64,000 bases of DNA, taken from the IMG/VR virus record IMGVR_UViG_3300045988_031640. One strand, given 5' to 3'. Of this stretch, positions 18,420 through 27,584 are shown in pieces (position 1 is the first letter of the stretch; every line of letters begins with the position of its first letter). Under the pieces are notes generated by a model that was given only the letters and a program-made list of their open reading frames with translations, had not been told where the DNA came from and did no database searches. The DNA comes from a virus. The position numbers were made by a program, and so were the translations under genes.

Positions 18420-20366
18420 ATGTTTATACGAAATTTTAAAGTCGTTACATACGACATAGAGATTTTCCCAAACTGTTTTCATTGTACATGTAAAGATACA
18501 GAGACACAAGAGTTATTACTTTTTGAAATATCTAATAGAAAGAATCAGCTAACAGAGTTAGTTGATTTTTTCGTTTCTAAAGACATAATCTTTTGTGGCT
18601 ATAACAACAAGCATTATGACGACGTGGTATTAAACTATATTATAGATCTTCAAAGACAATTGAGTCGTAGAACCAGTCAAGAAGTCTGTAGGTCGTTATA
18701 TAAGCTGTCTAAATGTATAATAGAATCAGAAAACGGAGATATAGAAAGATTCAAGAAATGGAAATATGCAAATAAATTCAACTCTATGGATCTTTTGACT
18801 ATGCAATTTAGTTCAAAGTTAAGAGTAGGTCTTAAGGAAATGCAATTAACTATGCACTATAAAAACGTCCAAGAATATTCAGGTTCATTTGATTTACCAA
18901 TCGAAGACTCTGATATTGACGAAATGATTGCATATAATATAAACGATGTTGAATCTACTACAGATCTATTAAATAGACTTGAAGAAGATATAAAACTTCG
19001 TTTGTATATTGAAGATGAATATGGAATTCCATGTTTGTCTTTCGATGGAGTAAAAATTGGAGAATCCATCCTTGCTAAGCTTTATTGTGAGAAAACAGGC
19101 GTAGATATAAAAGAACTCAAAAAAAATCAAGAGCCAGTTGAAGACATAAAGCTAAAGGATGTGATTTTCCCTTTTATACAATATAAAAATCCGAAATTAC
19201 AAGACGTTCTCGAAGATATGAAAAAACAAGTAGTTGATTCGCATGAACGCAAAGGCTATGAGAAGAAGTTTGTTCTCTCAAATTTAGGCTATTCTGTTGG
19301 AGTTGGTGGATTACATTCTATCAACAAACCAGAAATCTTCCGTCCTAACGAGAATGAGTATATTGGGCACAGTGATGTGGCGTCGATGTACCCATCGTTG
19401 TTAATTAAATACAACCTTGCTCCAAGTCGTGTAGGAAAAGAATTTTTGCAGGTCTACACTGACGTTTATAACGACAGAATTTATGCAAAACATAATCGAC
19501 AGAAACTTAAGGATAAGACACTAAAGCTTGCCCTTAACGCTGTAACGGGGAAAATGCAAGAAGAATCAAGTTGGTTATACGATCCATTTAACGTCTTCCG
19601 AATAAGAATCAATGGACAGTTGATCTTGTTTATGTTAATAGAACGTTTGCTGGAGTTAGATTGTAGGATTATACAAGCTAACACAGATGGTGTAGTGTAT
19701 ATAGCTAAGGAAGAGAATCGTAGTAGAATTCAGGAAGCTATTACAAAAGTAGAAGCTATTACACAACTTGTATTTGAAAGCAATGATTATGAAGCGTTTT
19801 ATCAGTACGCAATTAATGATTATTTCGGTATCATTAAGGGATACTCTGAATCCAAAGACCCTAATCTGATAGAAAAGAAAGGAATGTTTATAACCGAGAC
19901 CAAGCTTGGGAAAGGATTAGCACCAGTCGTAATTCCTAAAGCGGTTATAAATTATTTTCTTACAAAACAACCAGTTAAAGAGTTTATAATGTCTGATAAA
20001 GACATCAAAGACTTTATGATTGGTCAGCGTGTAGCTAAAAAGTTCGATGTATATCACGGAAGTGAGAAAGTACAAAGAATTAATAGGTTTTACGCTTCTA
20101 CAAACGATTATTATTTATTCAAGAGAAAATATAATGAGAAGTTAAGAGAGTTTGAATTTTCTTATCAAGGTAAGAAAGTTGATGTAAAGAAATATACAGA
20201 CATAAATCTTTTGACAGAATCAGGAGTTACTATCTTGAATACGTATGACGAAAAGCCTATAGAGCATCGTCATATAAACTATCAGTACTACATATCTAAA
20301 GCAAGTAAAATTATTAGCGAGCTTACGAGTGTACAACTGAGTTTGTTTGACGATCAGACTTGTTAA
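18420..20366 (+). CDS. Family B DNA polymerase with 3'-5' exonuclease domain
   Basis: Exo motif FKVVTYDIEIFPNCF; motif A HSDVASMYPSLLIKYNL; motif B LKLALNAVTGKM; motif C-like QANTDGVVYI. Confidence 0.92.
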   Translation: MFIRNFKVVTYDIEIFPNCFHCTCKDTETQELLLFEISNRKNQLTELVDFFVSKDIIFCGYNNKHYDDVVLNYIIDLQRQLSRRTSQEVCRSLYKLSKCIIESENGDIERFKKWKYANKFNSMDLLTMQFSSKLRVGLKEMQLTMHYKNVQEYSGSFDLPIEDSDIDEMIAYNINDVESTTDLLNRLEEDIKLRLYIEDEYGIPCLSFDGVKIGESILAKLYCEKTGVDIKELKKNQEPVEDIKLKDVIFPFIQYKNPKLQDVLEDMKKQVVDSHERKGYEKKFVLSNLGYSVGVGGLHSINKPEIFRPNENEYIGHSDVASMYPSLLIKYNLAPSRVGKEFLQVYTDVYNDRIYAKHNRQKLKDKTLKLALNAVTGKMQEESSWLYDPFNVFRIRINGQLILFMLIERLLELDCRIIQANTDGVVYIAKEENRSRIQEAITKVEAITQLVFESNDYEAFYQYAINDYFGIIKGYSESKDPNLIEKKGMFITETKLGKGLAPVVIPKAVINYFLTKQPVKEFIMSDKDIKDFMIGQRVAKKFDVYHGSEKVQRINRFYASTNDYYLFKRKYNEKLREFEFSYQGKKVDVKKYTDINLLTESGVTILNTYDEKPIEHRHINYQYYISKASKIISELTSVQLSLFDDQTC

Positions 20367-20956
20367 CCAAAGAGTATAAAAGTATGATTATTGAATTAAA
20401 CACAAAACTTCTGGATTATCCAGATAAACTAAATTTAAATCAATTAGTCTTCCTAAGTATGGTATTGGATAAGAATCAAAAAGCCAATAATCAAGACGTC
20501 CGCAAAATTGTCAGCCTAATTAGCGACGACGAAATATCATACTTAATCGAACAAGGACTTATTACCTCGATAGAGAGAGGGAATTCAATTACATATCAAG
20601 AATCTGAAAAGCTTACAGCTTATATCGAACCAGATCGTAGCTATTTTGATCAGTTTTACGATATGTACCCAGTTTATGTTGTTCGTCCAGATGGAGAAAA
20701 AGTCTATCTTAGAACGAATAAGAATAAATGCAGAAATCTTTATAACTCCTATGTTAGTAAAAGCTATACCAAAGCTGAACATATTAACAAATGCTTAGTT
20801 AAGGAACTTGAGAAGAAAACCAAGCTTGGCAAAATAGGATATATGAAGACTATGTGGAGATGGTTACAAGACCATCAGTGGGAAGAAATTGAAGAAGAGA
20901 TGCTAAGTGAACAGCAAGAGCAAAATACAGAGACATATGGAACAGAACTTATCTAA
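20360..20956 (+). CDS. Hypothetical protein, possible replication accessory
   Basis: 198-aa ORF between DNA polymerase and helicase. Confidence 0.6.
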   Translation: MLTKEYKSMIIELNTKLLDYPDKLNLNQLVFLSMVLDKNQKANNQDVRKIVSLISDDEISYLIEQGLITSIERGNSITYQESEKLTAYIEPDRSYFDQFYDMYPVYVVRPDGEKVYLRTNKNKCRNLYNSYVSKSYTKAEHINKCLVKELEKKTKLGKIGYMKTMWRWLQDHQWEEIEEEMLSEQQEQNTETYGTELI

Positions 20957-21863
20957 TTTGATACGTCCTATGTCTGTAGTTGCGAATGAAGCTGTTCAAT
21001 ATATTGCAGGCAGACGTGAACATAAAATCGTCAGCTTAAAAACAAGATGGAATAAGTTTAACAAGCAGTGTATGGGTGGAATAGAGCCTAACACTGTACT
21101 TACCATTGCAGGTATCTCTGGAAGTGGAAAGAGTTCGTTTGCGAACTTAATTACCACAGACGTGATTGATTTAAATGAATCAGAAGATGTTATAGTACTA
21201 AACTTCTCTTTAGAGATGGTTGGTTTTAGGCAGGTTGGAAGGACGCTCTCAAATAAGCTAAGGAGAACGACTTCAACTCTGTATAGTTCTGAAAAGGACC
21301 TGGACGACAATACCTTCAGAATGGTCGTATCGGTAACCAATAAGCTAAAGGAGTATCCTATTTACTTTGTAGATAGTCCTACTACTCCCACGCAAGTTAA
21401 AGACATAATATTCCAATTCTATGATACGTATGTTAAAGGAACTAACAAGCATTTCTTGATAGTATACGATCATGCGTTACTAACAAAACAAGTAGGATCT
21501 GTATTAGAAACTATAAGTGAGTTAGAAAGAGTGTTCATACAAGCTAAGAAGCTACCAATGACAAGCATTATACAGCTTGCTCAAATGAACAGAAACATAG
21601 AATCTTCTGAGAGAATAAACAATCCGACAAGTCATTATCCTATGAGAAGTGATTTGTCATCATCAGACGCTATATTTCAAGCAAGCGATTACGTTTGCGT
21701 TATACATAGACCAGAAATATTGGGCATCCAAGAATACGGTCCGAATCATTTACCTACTTCTAACAAAGTATACATACACATGTTAAAGAACCGCGATGCG
21801 GGAAAACCATGTATACTTGAATTCGAGAATGACCTTGCGTTCAATAATCTGATAGAAGTATAA
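20907..21863 (+). CDS. DnaB-like replicative helicase (RecA fold)
   Basis: Walker A TIAGISGSGKSSFANL, NFSLEM motif, KHFLIVYDH, SIIQLAQMNR. Confidence 0.88.
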   Translation: MNSKSKIQRHMEQNLSNLIRPMSVVANEAVQYIAGRREHKIVSLKTRWNKFNKQCMGGIEPNTVLTIAGISGSGKSSFANLITTDVIDLNESEDVIVLNFSLEMVGFRQVGRTLSNKLRRTTSTLYSSEKDLDDNTFRMVVSVTNKLKEYPIYFVDSPTTPTQVKDIIFQFYDTYVKGTNKHFLIVYDHALLTKQVGSVLETISELERVFIQAKKLPMTSIIQLAQMNRNIESSERINNPTSHYPMRSDLSSSDAIFQASDYVCVIHRPEILGIQEYGPNHLPTSNKVYIHMLKNRDAGKPCILEFENDLAFNNLIEV

Positions 21864-21898
21864 GCGTCAATTGTAAAACATTTTAAGGCTGAAATTTT

Positions 21899-22381
21899 AT
21901 GAATACATATACTTTTACAACTGGCAACAATAGTAACAACAATATTAAGAAGTTTTTCACATTTTCCTTTCTTAAGAAGAATAAGCCTACAGACTATTCT
22001 GAGGTTCTCGATGACCTTATTCTTGATAATCTAATGGAGACTAATTCATATCTCAAGGATTACAAGACTAAGATGGAAGATGCAAAGATTTTCAAGGCCA
22101 GCACTGCTTCACTGAAGGGCAACGAGTTTGCAGAGGCAGCATCATTCCTTGCTAACTATGGCAAGAAAAAGACTTTCCCATTTACATTTGGTAAGGTTTA
22201 CAAGCTCGCGGGTATTCCAGTTATCTTCTACGATGACGAGATTCAGATTGACCGTGACATTTACACATACGACGACTTCGAGAATCTTGCATTCTTGAAT
22301 ACGTTAAGTGCTCCAAAGAAGAAGATCATTATTGATATTTACACCAACAGTCACAATATCAATATTGAGATTAATAAATAA
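21899..22381 (+). CDS. Hypothetical protein
   Basis: 160-aa ORF in replication cluster. Confidence 0.65.
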   Translation: MNTYTFTTGNNSNNNIKKFFTFSFLKKNKPTDYSEVLDDLILDNLMETNSYLKDYKTKMEDAKIFKASTASLKGNEFAEAASFLANYGKKKTFPFTFGKVYKLAGIPVIFYDDEIQIDRDIYTYDDFENLAFLNTLSAPKKKIIIDIYTNSHNINIEINK

Positions 22382-22399
22382 TCTAAAACCTAAGAGTTA

Positions 22400-23137
22400 A
22401 TGATTACATTACCTACATCTAAAGTTCCAGCAGTTTCAGTTAATCCACGTTTCTTAATTATCTATGGTCGTCCAAAGTCTGGTAAGACATCAGCATTGGC
22501 GCAGTTAGAAAATAACTTGATCATAGACTTAGAAGGTGGTTCTACGTTTATTGATGCTATGGCAATACAATGCCGTAACATTAGTGACTTAGGAGAGGCT
22601 GCTCAAGCCATTAGAGCTAAGAATAAAGAAGTAGGGCATAATTTCTATAACCATATTACAATAGACAATGCTACTCGATTAGAGGAGATTTGTTTAAGTT
22701 ATGCTGCTACTTTATATCGTCAAAGTCCAGTTGGAAAGAACTGGAAGGGAGACGATGTTCGTACATTACCTAACGGTTCTGGCTATTTCTATATTAGACA
22801 GGCAGTACGTAAGGTAATTGACATGTTTAAAGAGCTTTGTGACGAGTTCATATTGGTCGGACATGTTAAAGATGTACAAATTGATAACAACGGAGAAGAG
22901 CTATCAGAAATGGCACTTGACTTAGTTGGGAAGCTTTCTGCAATTATATGCGGAGAAGCTGATGCAGTAGGTCTTGTTTACCGAAAGGGAAATGAGACTC
23001 ATATAAGTTTCAAAGGAGGAGATGGTTCTATTAAGGAGGCTCGTGCTCCACACCTAAGAGGACAGGATATAGTCATCGCCAAAGGAAACGATGATGGAAG
23101 CATAACAACCTATTGGGATAAGGTTTATAAGGATTAA
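22400..23137 (+). CDS. RecA/Sak4-like AAA ATPase
   Basis: Walker A FLIIYGRPKSGKTSALAQLENNLIIDLEGG; hydrophobic stretch EFILVGHVKD. Confidence 0.8.
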   Translation: MITLPTSKVPAVSVNPRFLIIYGRPKSGKTSALAQLENNLIIDLEGGSTFIDAMAIQCRNISDLGEAAQAIRAKNKEVGHNFYNHITIDNATRLEEICLSYAATLYRQSPVGKNWKGDDVRTLPNGSGYFYIRQAVRKVIDMFKELCDEFILVGHVKDVQIDNNGEELSEMALDLVGKLSAIICGEADAVGLVYRKGNETHISFKGGDGSIKEARAPHLRGQDIVIAKGNDDGSITTYWDKVYKD

Positions 23138-23182
23138 TCCCTATTATTTTAAGAAGTTATAACTCAATAAAATTAAGAAATT

Positions 23183-23779
23183 ATGTATAGTACAAGTACA
23201 GCTGTTACAAATAATAACGAGTCTAATGGTTCTTATATGCCAGTTGGTATTAATGAGAACGTTTTCTTGAAGTCTGTAGAGGCTAAGAAGTCTCCAAATG
23301 GTCATGATTTTCTTGAAATTACATTCGAGAACAATGAGGGTAAAACCGCATCTATGACAGAATGGAAGAACGAAAAGAGTATGTGGGTTAAGACCGACGA
23401 GGATTTACAGCGTCGTGATAACTTACAGTTTGGTCGAATCATGCAGATTATCAACTGTTATCTCCCTAACGTTGAAGGTGAGTTTAACACTTTCAAGGAG
23501 ATGATAGATTGGGTACAGGCGACTCTATCTCCTATGGTAGCAACTAAGAAGGCTTTACGTCTGAAGGTTGTTTACGATAAGAATAACTATACTCAGGTAT
23601 CTAAGAACGGTATCTTTGTTGAGCCTATGGATAAGGCTGAGACAGAGATTAAGAAGTTCTCTCGTGACAGTTTTGAGCGACAGGTAGTCGCAGATGTTGA
23701 GAAATCAACAGATCCTCTTGCTTCAGCTACAAACGCTGATAGTACTCAGGCATCAGGTAGTGACGACCTTCCATTTTAA
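23183..23779 (+). CDS. Putative ssDNA-binding protein
   Basis: Position in replication cluster and SSB-like acidic C-terminal tail ...GSDDLPF. Confidence 0.6.
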   Translation: MYSTSTAVTNNNESNGSYMPVGINENVFLKSVEAKKSPNGHDFLEITFENNEGKTASMTEWKNEKSMWVKTDEDLQRRDNLQFGRIMQIINCYLPNVEGEFNTFKEMIDWVQATLSPMVATKKALRLKVVYDKNNYTQVSKNGIFVEPMDKAETEIKKFSRDSFERQVVADVEKSTDPLASATNADSTQASGSDDLPF

Positions 23780-24361
23780 TGGTAAATAGTCACTGGTGGA
23801 CACATCCAAGCAAGCTTGGTGCAGAATATGGTTTACGTGAGTGATGTCCGTATTCCTAGCGACACCAAGACAGTTTTGAGGTTCTGTAAAAACCTCACAC
23901 GGGATGTATGGTAATATGTTTCACTGCCATAACTTTTCATATAGGAGGTTCGATTCCTCCTCATCCCACTGTAAGACCTAAATTTGCCAATTAGGCTTGG
24001 GTGGTAAACTTAATAACCGATGGGAGCATACTGTCCATAAACAAAGTGTATGAAGCGCTAAGGAACAATGCGTAAACTATCTTAGGATGCTGGCGAGCTA
24101 ATTGTGTAGTTGGAAAGGTTAACAGAACTTACATGAATACGTAGAATTGACAGGCTATCAATTCGATTAAATCAAACAACAGTGACGTGTAATAAGGTTA
24201 TGCCTGCGTTAAGTGTATTCTTGCTCTGACACGGAGAGGGCGCGTTTGATTTAAGGCTATTTAGGAGCGATCTAAGACACTTTAGATTAGACTTTGGTGT
24301 AGTTGTTAAGAGAAATGATTTAAGGCTCTTAGAACGCAAATAAATAGCCTATTACAAGACA

Positions 24362-24450
24362 TGCTAACTGGAAGTTGGGAGTGGCCTGAAGGCGGCTCGT
24401 GCCGAGTAGATACTGGAGTGGTTCGAGTCCACTGGTCTTGACTAAAATTA
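24362..24450 (+). ncRNA. tRNA-like element with non-canonical body
   Basis: CAAGAC...GTCTTG closing stem, T-arm AGTGG-TTCGAGT-CCACT, D-like CTAA...TTGG, but the expected anticodon arm is replaced by GAGTGGCC-TGAA-GGCGGCTC. Confidence 0.35.
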
Positions 24451-24455
24451 TTACT

Positions 24456-24680
24456 ATGGAACGTAAAGATTTTGAAGAAGAGGTTTTAGATTATGCAAAC
24501 AATCGTAAACCTAAAAGCTGGAGAGTTGGGCAAGCTGTATTTAATTACATAGATAATCAGTACGGTGTTGCTCGAGACGTACAGTTTAAAGAAAATGTAG
24601 ATTGTTTTTATGATGATAAAATGATTAAAGACTTTCTAAGATTATCCTACAATAGGATTCGTAAAAAGAAAGGTTGGTAG
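24456..24680 (+). CDS. Hypothetical protein
   Basis: ORF from internal ATG MERKDFEEEVLDYANNRKPKSW... Confidence 0.55.
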   Translation: MERKDFEEEVLDYANNRKPKSWRVGQAVFNYIDNQYGVARDVQFKENVDCFYDDKMIKDFLRLSYNRIRKKKGW

Positions 24681-24755
24681 AACCTTGGGGGTATTTTGGA
24701 ACAAGCATAAGTTCGATTCTTATGATACCTACACTAACAAGAACTTATAAGTCAA

Positions 24756-25730
24756 ATGTATAGTACAAAAACAGCAATTACAATGAGTCTTAAAGACTTG
24801 TTGTCCATGTTGGATGATGAAAGTATCTATACATACTACTTAGGTAGTATAAAAATAGGGAAACTTATCAACAGTCCATTAAGGAATGATGATAGGAATC
24901 CCTCTTTTGCTATATTCCGAGGTAAGCAAGGCGGATTATTCTTCAAGGACCACGGTACTGGAGATGGAGGTAACGCTCTAAAGTTCGTTAAGTTAATCAA
25001 AGGAATAGAAACAAGAGAAGAGTTTGAAATGGAATTACTGAGAATAGTTCGTAAAATGAATCCTAATATGTCTATACGTCAACAGACTTACACCCAGAAC
25101 GTAAGTAATGTTATGGATATAGGAATCGTTAGACAACCATTCACAGATATAGATAAAAGATATTGGAAGCAATTTCATATCTCACTTGATACGCTAAAGA
25201 GATATCAGGTGTTTAGCATTAAATACTTTCTTTGTAATAGAGTCGTCAGAGGAACCTACAAAGAAACTAATCCTATGTATGCATATAAGGTATATGATAG
25301 ATTTAAGATTTATCGACCTTTAGCATCCAAGTATACTAAATGGCGTACTAATTTGACGAATGAGTACGTTCAGGGATTAGCCGAGTTGCCTAAGGATGGA
25401 GGTAATCTCTTGATAATCACAAAGTCTTTAAAAGATGTTATGTGTTTGTATGAGATGGGTTATAATGCAATCGCAGCTTCAAGCGAAACAACATTTATTC
25501 CAGATGATATTATTAAATCATTGAGGAGTAAATGGAAACATATACTCATACTATATGATAGAGACCAAACAGGAATGTTAAGAGCTCGTAAATATAGTAA
25601 AGAGTATAAATTTGATGCTTTCTTCGTTCACAAGAAGTTTAAATCGAAAGACATATCAGATGCAGTAAAATCTAATGGTTTTAATACTGTAAAAGATTGG
25701 CTTTCACAAACATTAAAGAAGTATGATTGA
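24756..25730 (+). CDS. DnaG-type DNA primase
   Basis: NSPLRNDDRNPSFAIFRGKQGGLFFKDHGTGDGGNALKFV; TOPRIM-like LLIITKSLKDVMCLYEMGYNAIAASSE and HILILYDRDQTG. Confidence 0.9.
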   Translation: MYSTKTAITMSLKDLLSMLDDESIYTYYLGSIKIGKLINSPLRNDDRNPSFAIFRGKQGGLFFKDHGTGDGGNALKFVKLIKGIETREEFEMELLRIVRKMNPNMSIRQQTYTQNVSNVMDIGIVRQPFTDIDKRYWKQFHISLDTLKRYQVFSIKYFLCNRVVRGTYKETNPMYAYKVYDRFKIYRPLASKYTKWRTNLTNEYVQGLAELPKDGGNLLIITKSLKDVMCLYEMGYNAIAASSETTFIPDDIIKSLRSKWKHILILYDRDQTGMLRARKYSKEYKFDAFFVHKKFKSKDISDAVKSNGFNTVKDWLSQTLKKYD

Positions 25731-25962
25731 AACATTGATTCTGGCTATTTCGTTCGGAATAATTGGAGGTATGTTAGGATTTACTCTAATGTACAAAACA
25801 TCTCCAACTATAAAGATGAAGAACGGCCGCGTACGATATATAGATTGTATAGATACAGAGTATATTACTGTGTCTGACAAGAGTGGCGTAGAGATACTTA
25901 ACGCAGCTTTTGCTAAGAATAAGAACGGTATAAACTTTGTTGAGTATGCCACAAAAATCTAA
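25723..25962 (+). CDS. Small membrane protein
   Basis: 79-aa ORF with N-terminal hydrophobic segment. Confidence 0.5.
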   Translation: MIETLILAISFGIIGGMLGFTLMYKTSPTIKMKNGRVRYIDCIDTEYITVSDKSGVEILNAAFAKNKNGINFVEYATKI

Positions 25963-26350
25963 AGGGAGAGTTAGGAATGCGACTAAGGTCGATAAGTATG
26001 GTTTACACTTTCGTAGTAAGCTCGAATGCTATACTTATGAAGCTTTTATGAATGCTGGAATACCAGTAGAATATGAGCCAAAGCGTTTCACTCTCTTACC
26101 AAAATTCGAGTACAATCAGGAGAAAATACGAGCTATGACATATCTTCCAGACTTTATAGGAAAGGGGTTTGTTGTAGAATGTAAAGGCCTGATGGGTGAT
26201 AGTTTCCCATTACGATGGAAGCTATTCAAATACTACTTGAAACAACACAGAAGTAAAATGAAGTGTTACCTTGTGAGAAATCATAAGCAAGTAGATGAAA
26301 TGATTCAAGAACTTTTAAGTCAAAAGAATTATGGAAAAGAAAAACAATAA
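25946..26350 (+). CDS. DUF1064-like / PD-(D/E)XK endonuclease
   Basis: HFRSKLECYTYEAFMNAGIPVEYEP...TYLPDFIGKGFVVECKGLMG: E..PDF..ECKG nuclease pattern. Confidence 0.72.
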   Translation: MPQKSKGRVRNATKVDKYGLHFRSKLECYTYEAFMNAGIPVEYEPKRFTLLPKFEYNQEKIRAMTYLPDFIGKGFVVECKGLMGDSFPLRWKLFKYYLKQHRSKMKCYLVRNHKQVDEMIQELLSQKNYGKEKQ

Positions 26351-26932
26351 AGGTAAGTTTATAAAGGTAGGTAATAGTATTTCATTTAAGTTTAGTACTG
26401 ATGGATTAGACTATGATTTACAGCCTGGATCAGTTTACACAGTAAGCTATGACAGGTATGAGGAAAAGCTTACTTTATCTGAAGCACCAAGTCTAAAATT
26501 ACCAGAAAAGGTGTATTCAAGTGAAAGTGATGATAAGTTTATGAAAAAGATTCTTAATCGCTTTCAGAAGTCTAAAGATGAAGTTACTGGTGTCATGCTA
26601 TCTGGACTTAAGGGTTCTGGTAAGACAGTAATGTGTAAGAAAATCGCTTTGGACTCAAATCTCCCTATTATCTTGATAGATAAGTCACTTTACCCAAGTG
26701 TTCTATGTAAGTTATTTAACTTGCTTGAAGACGTAGACGTCTGTGCAATTATTGACGAGATAGACAAGCTTGGTGAAGACTATGACGATAGTTATCTTTA
26801 CTTGATTTCATTGTTAGTCATTTTGGTTGTGTTAGCTTTGATAATGTAAGTTCGTTTGCTCAAGAGATAAACGAAAATCCTAAAGATACATTTGAAGAGT
26901 TGTTTAACGATATGAACTTATCTGTAAAGTAA
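26331..26932 (+). pseudogene. AAA+ ATPase apparently frameshifted after Walker B
   Basis: Walker A GLKGSGKTVMCKK and Walker B VCAIIDEIDKLG; frame ends at 26849, but the -1 frame gives LSLLDFIVSHFGCVSFDNVSSFAQEINENPKDTFEELFNDMNLSVK* to 26932. Confidence 0.55.
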
Positions 26933-27032
26933 TATGGAGATAACTGTACCTTATTACGAGGACATGACTCGTATGAAACCAGATTTGGTACATTGTACGT
27001 TATTATGACGATAATATTAAATACAATAAACA

Positions 27033-27584
27033 ATGGAAGAAATCTGGAAACCAATTGATGGATATGAAGGTATATATGAAGTTAGTAGTCTTGGTAATGT
27101 AAGATCATTAGATAGGATTATAAAAGTAAAATACGGCCGATCAGTTAATTATACTGACCAGAAGTTTAAAGGTCGAATATTAAAACAAACTTTTACAACG
27201 TATGGTTACGCATATGTAGCATTAGCAAAAAATGGAAAAAGTAAAACTACGTTAGTTCATAGACTTGTTGCAAAAGCTTTTATAAATAATCCTGAAAATC
27301 TTCCGTGTGTAAATCATAAAGATGAAAATCAGAGAAATAATAATGTATCTAATTTAGAATGGTGTTCTTATGAATACAATAATACATATAAAGATATTCA
27401 TTTGAGACGCAAAAAAACTAATAGAAAAATTATTCAATATGATTTAGACATGAATGAAATAAAACGTTGGGAAAGCATAACTGATGCTGCTAACTATTAT
27501 GACATAGAAAATAGTAATATTTCCGCATGTTGTATTGGTAAACGTAATCATTGTGCTGGTTTTAAATGGAGATACTATGAATGA
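27033..27584 (+). mobile_element. NUMOD4/HNH homing endonuclease-like protein
   Basis: EEIWKPIDGYEGIYEVSSLGNVRSL (NUMOD4-like) and HRLVAKAFINNPENLPCVNHKDENQRNNNVSNLEWCSYEYNN (HNH). Confidence 0.9.

Noticed and set aside
24120-24200. Additional tRNA candidate around GTAGTTGGAAAGGTTAACAG...AATTCGATT
   Set aside because: D-arm-like text is present but no acceptor or T-stem pairing could be made by hand.
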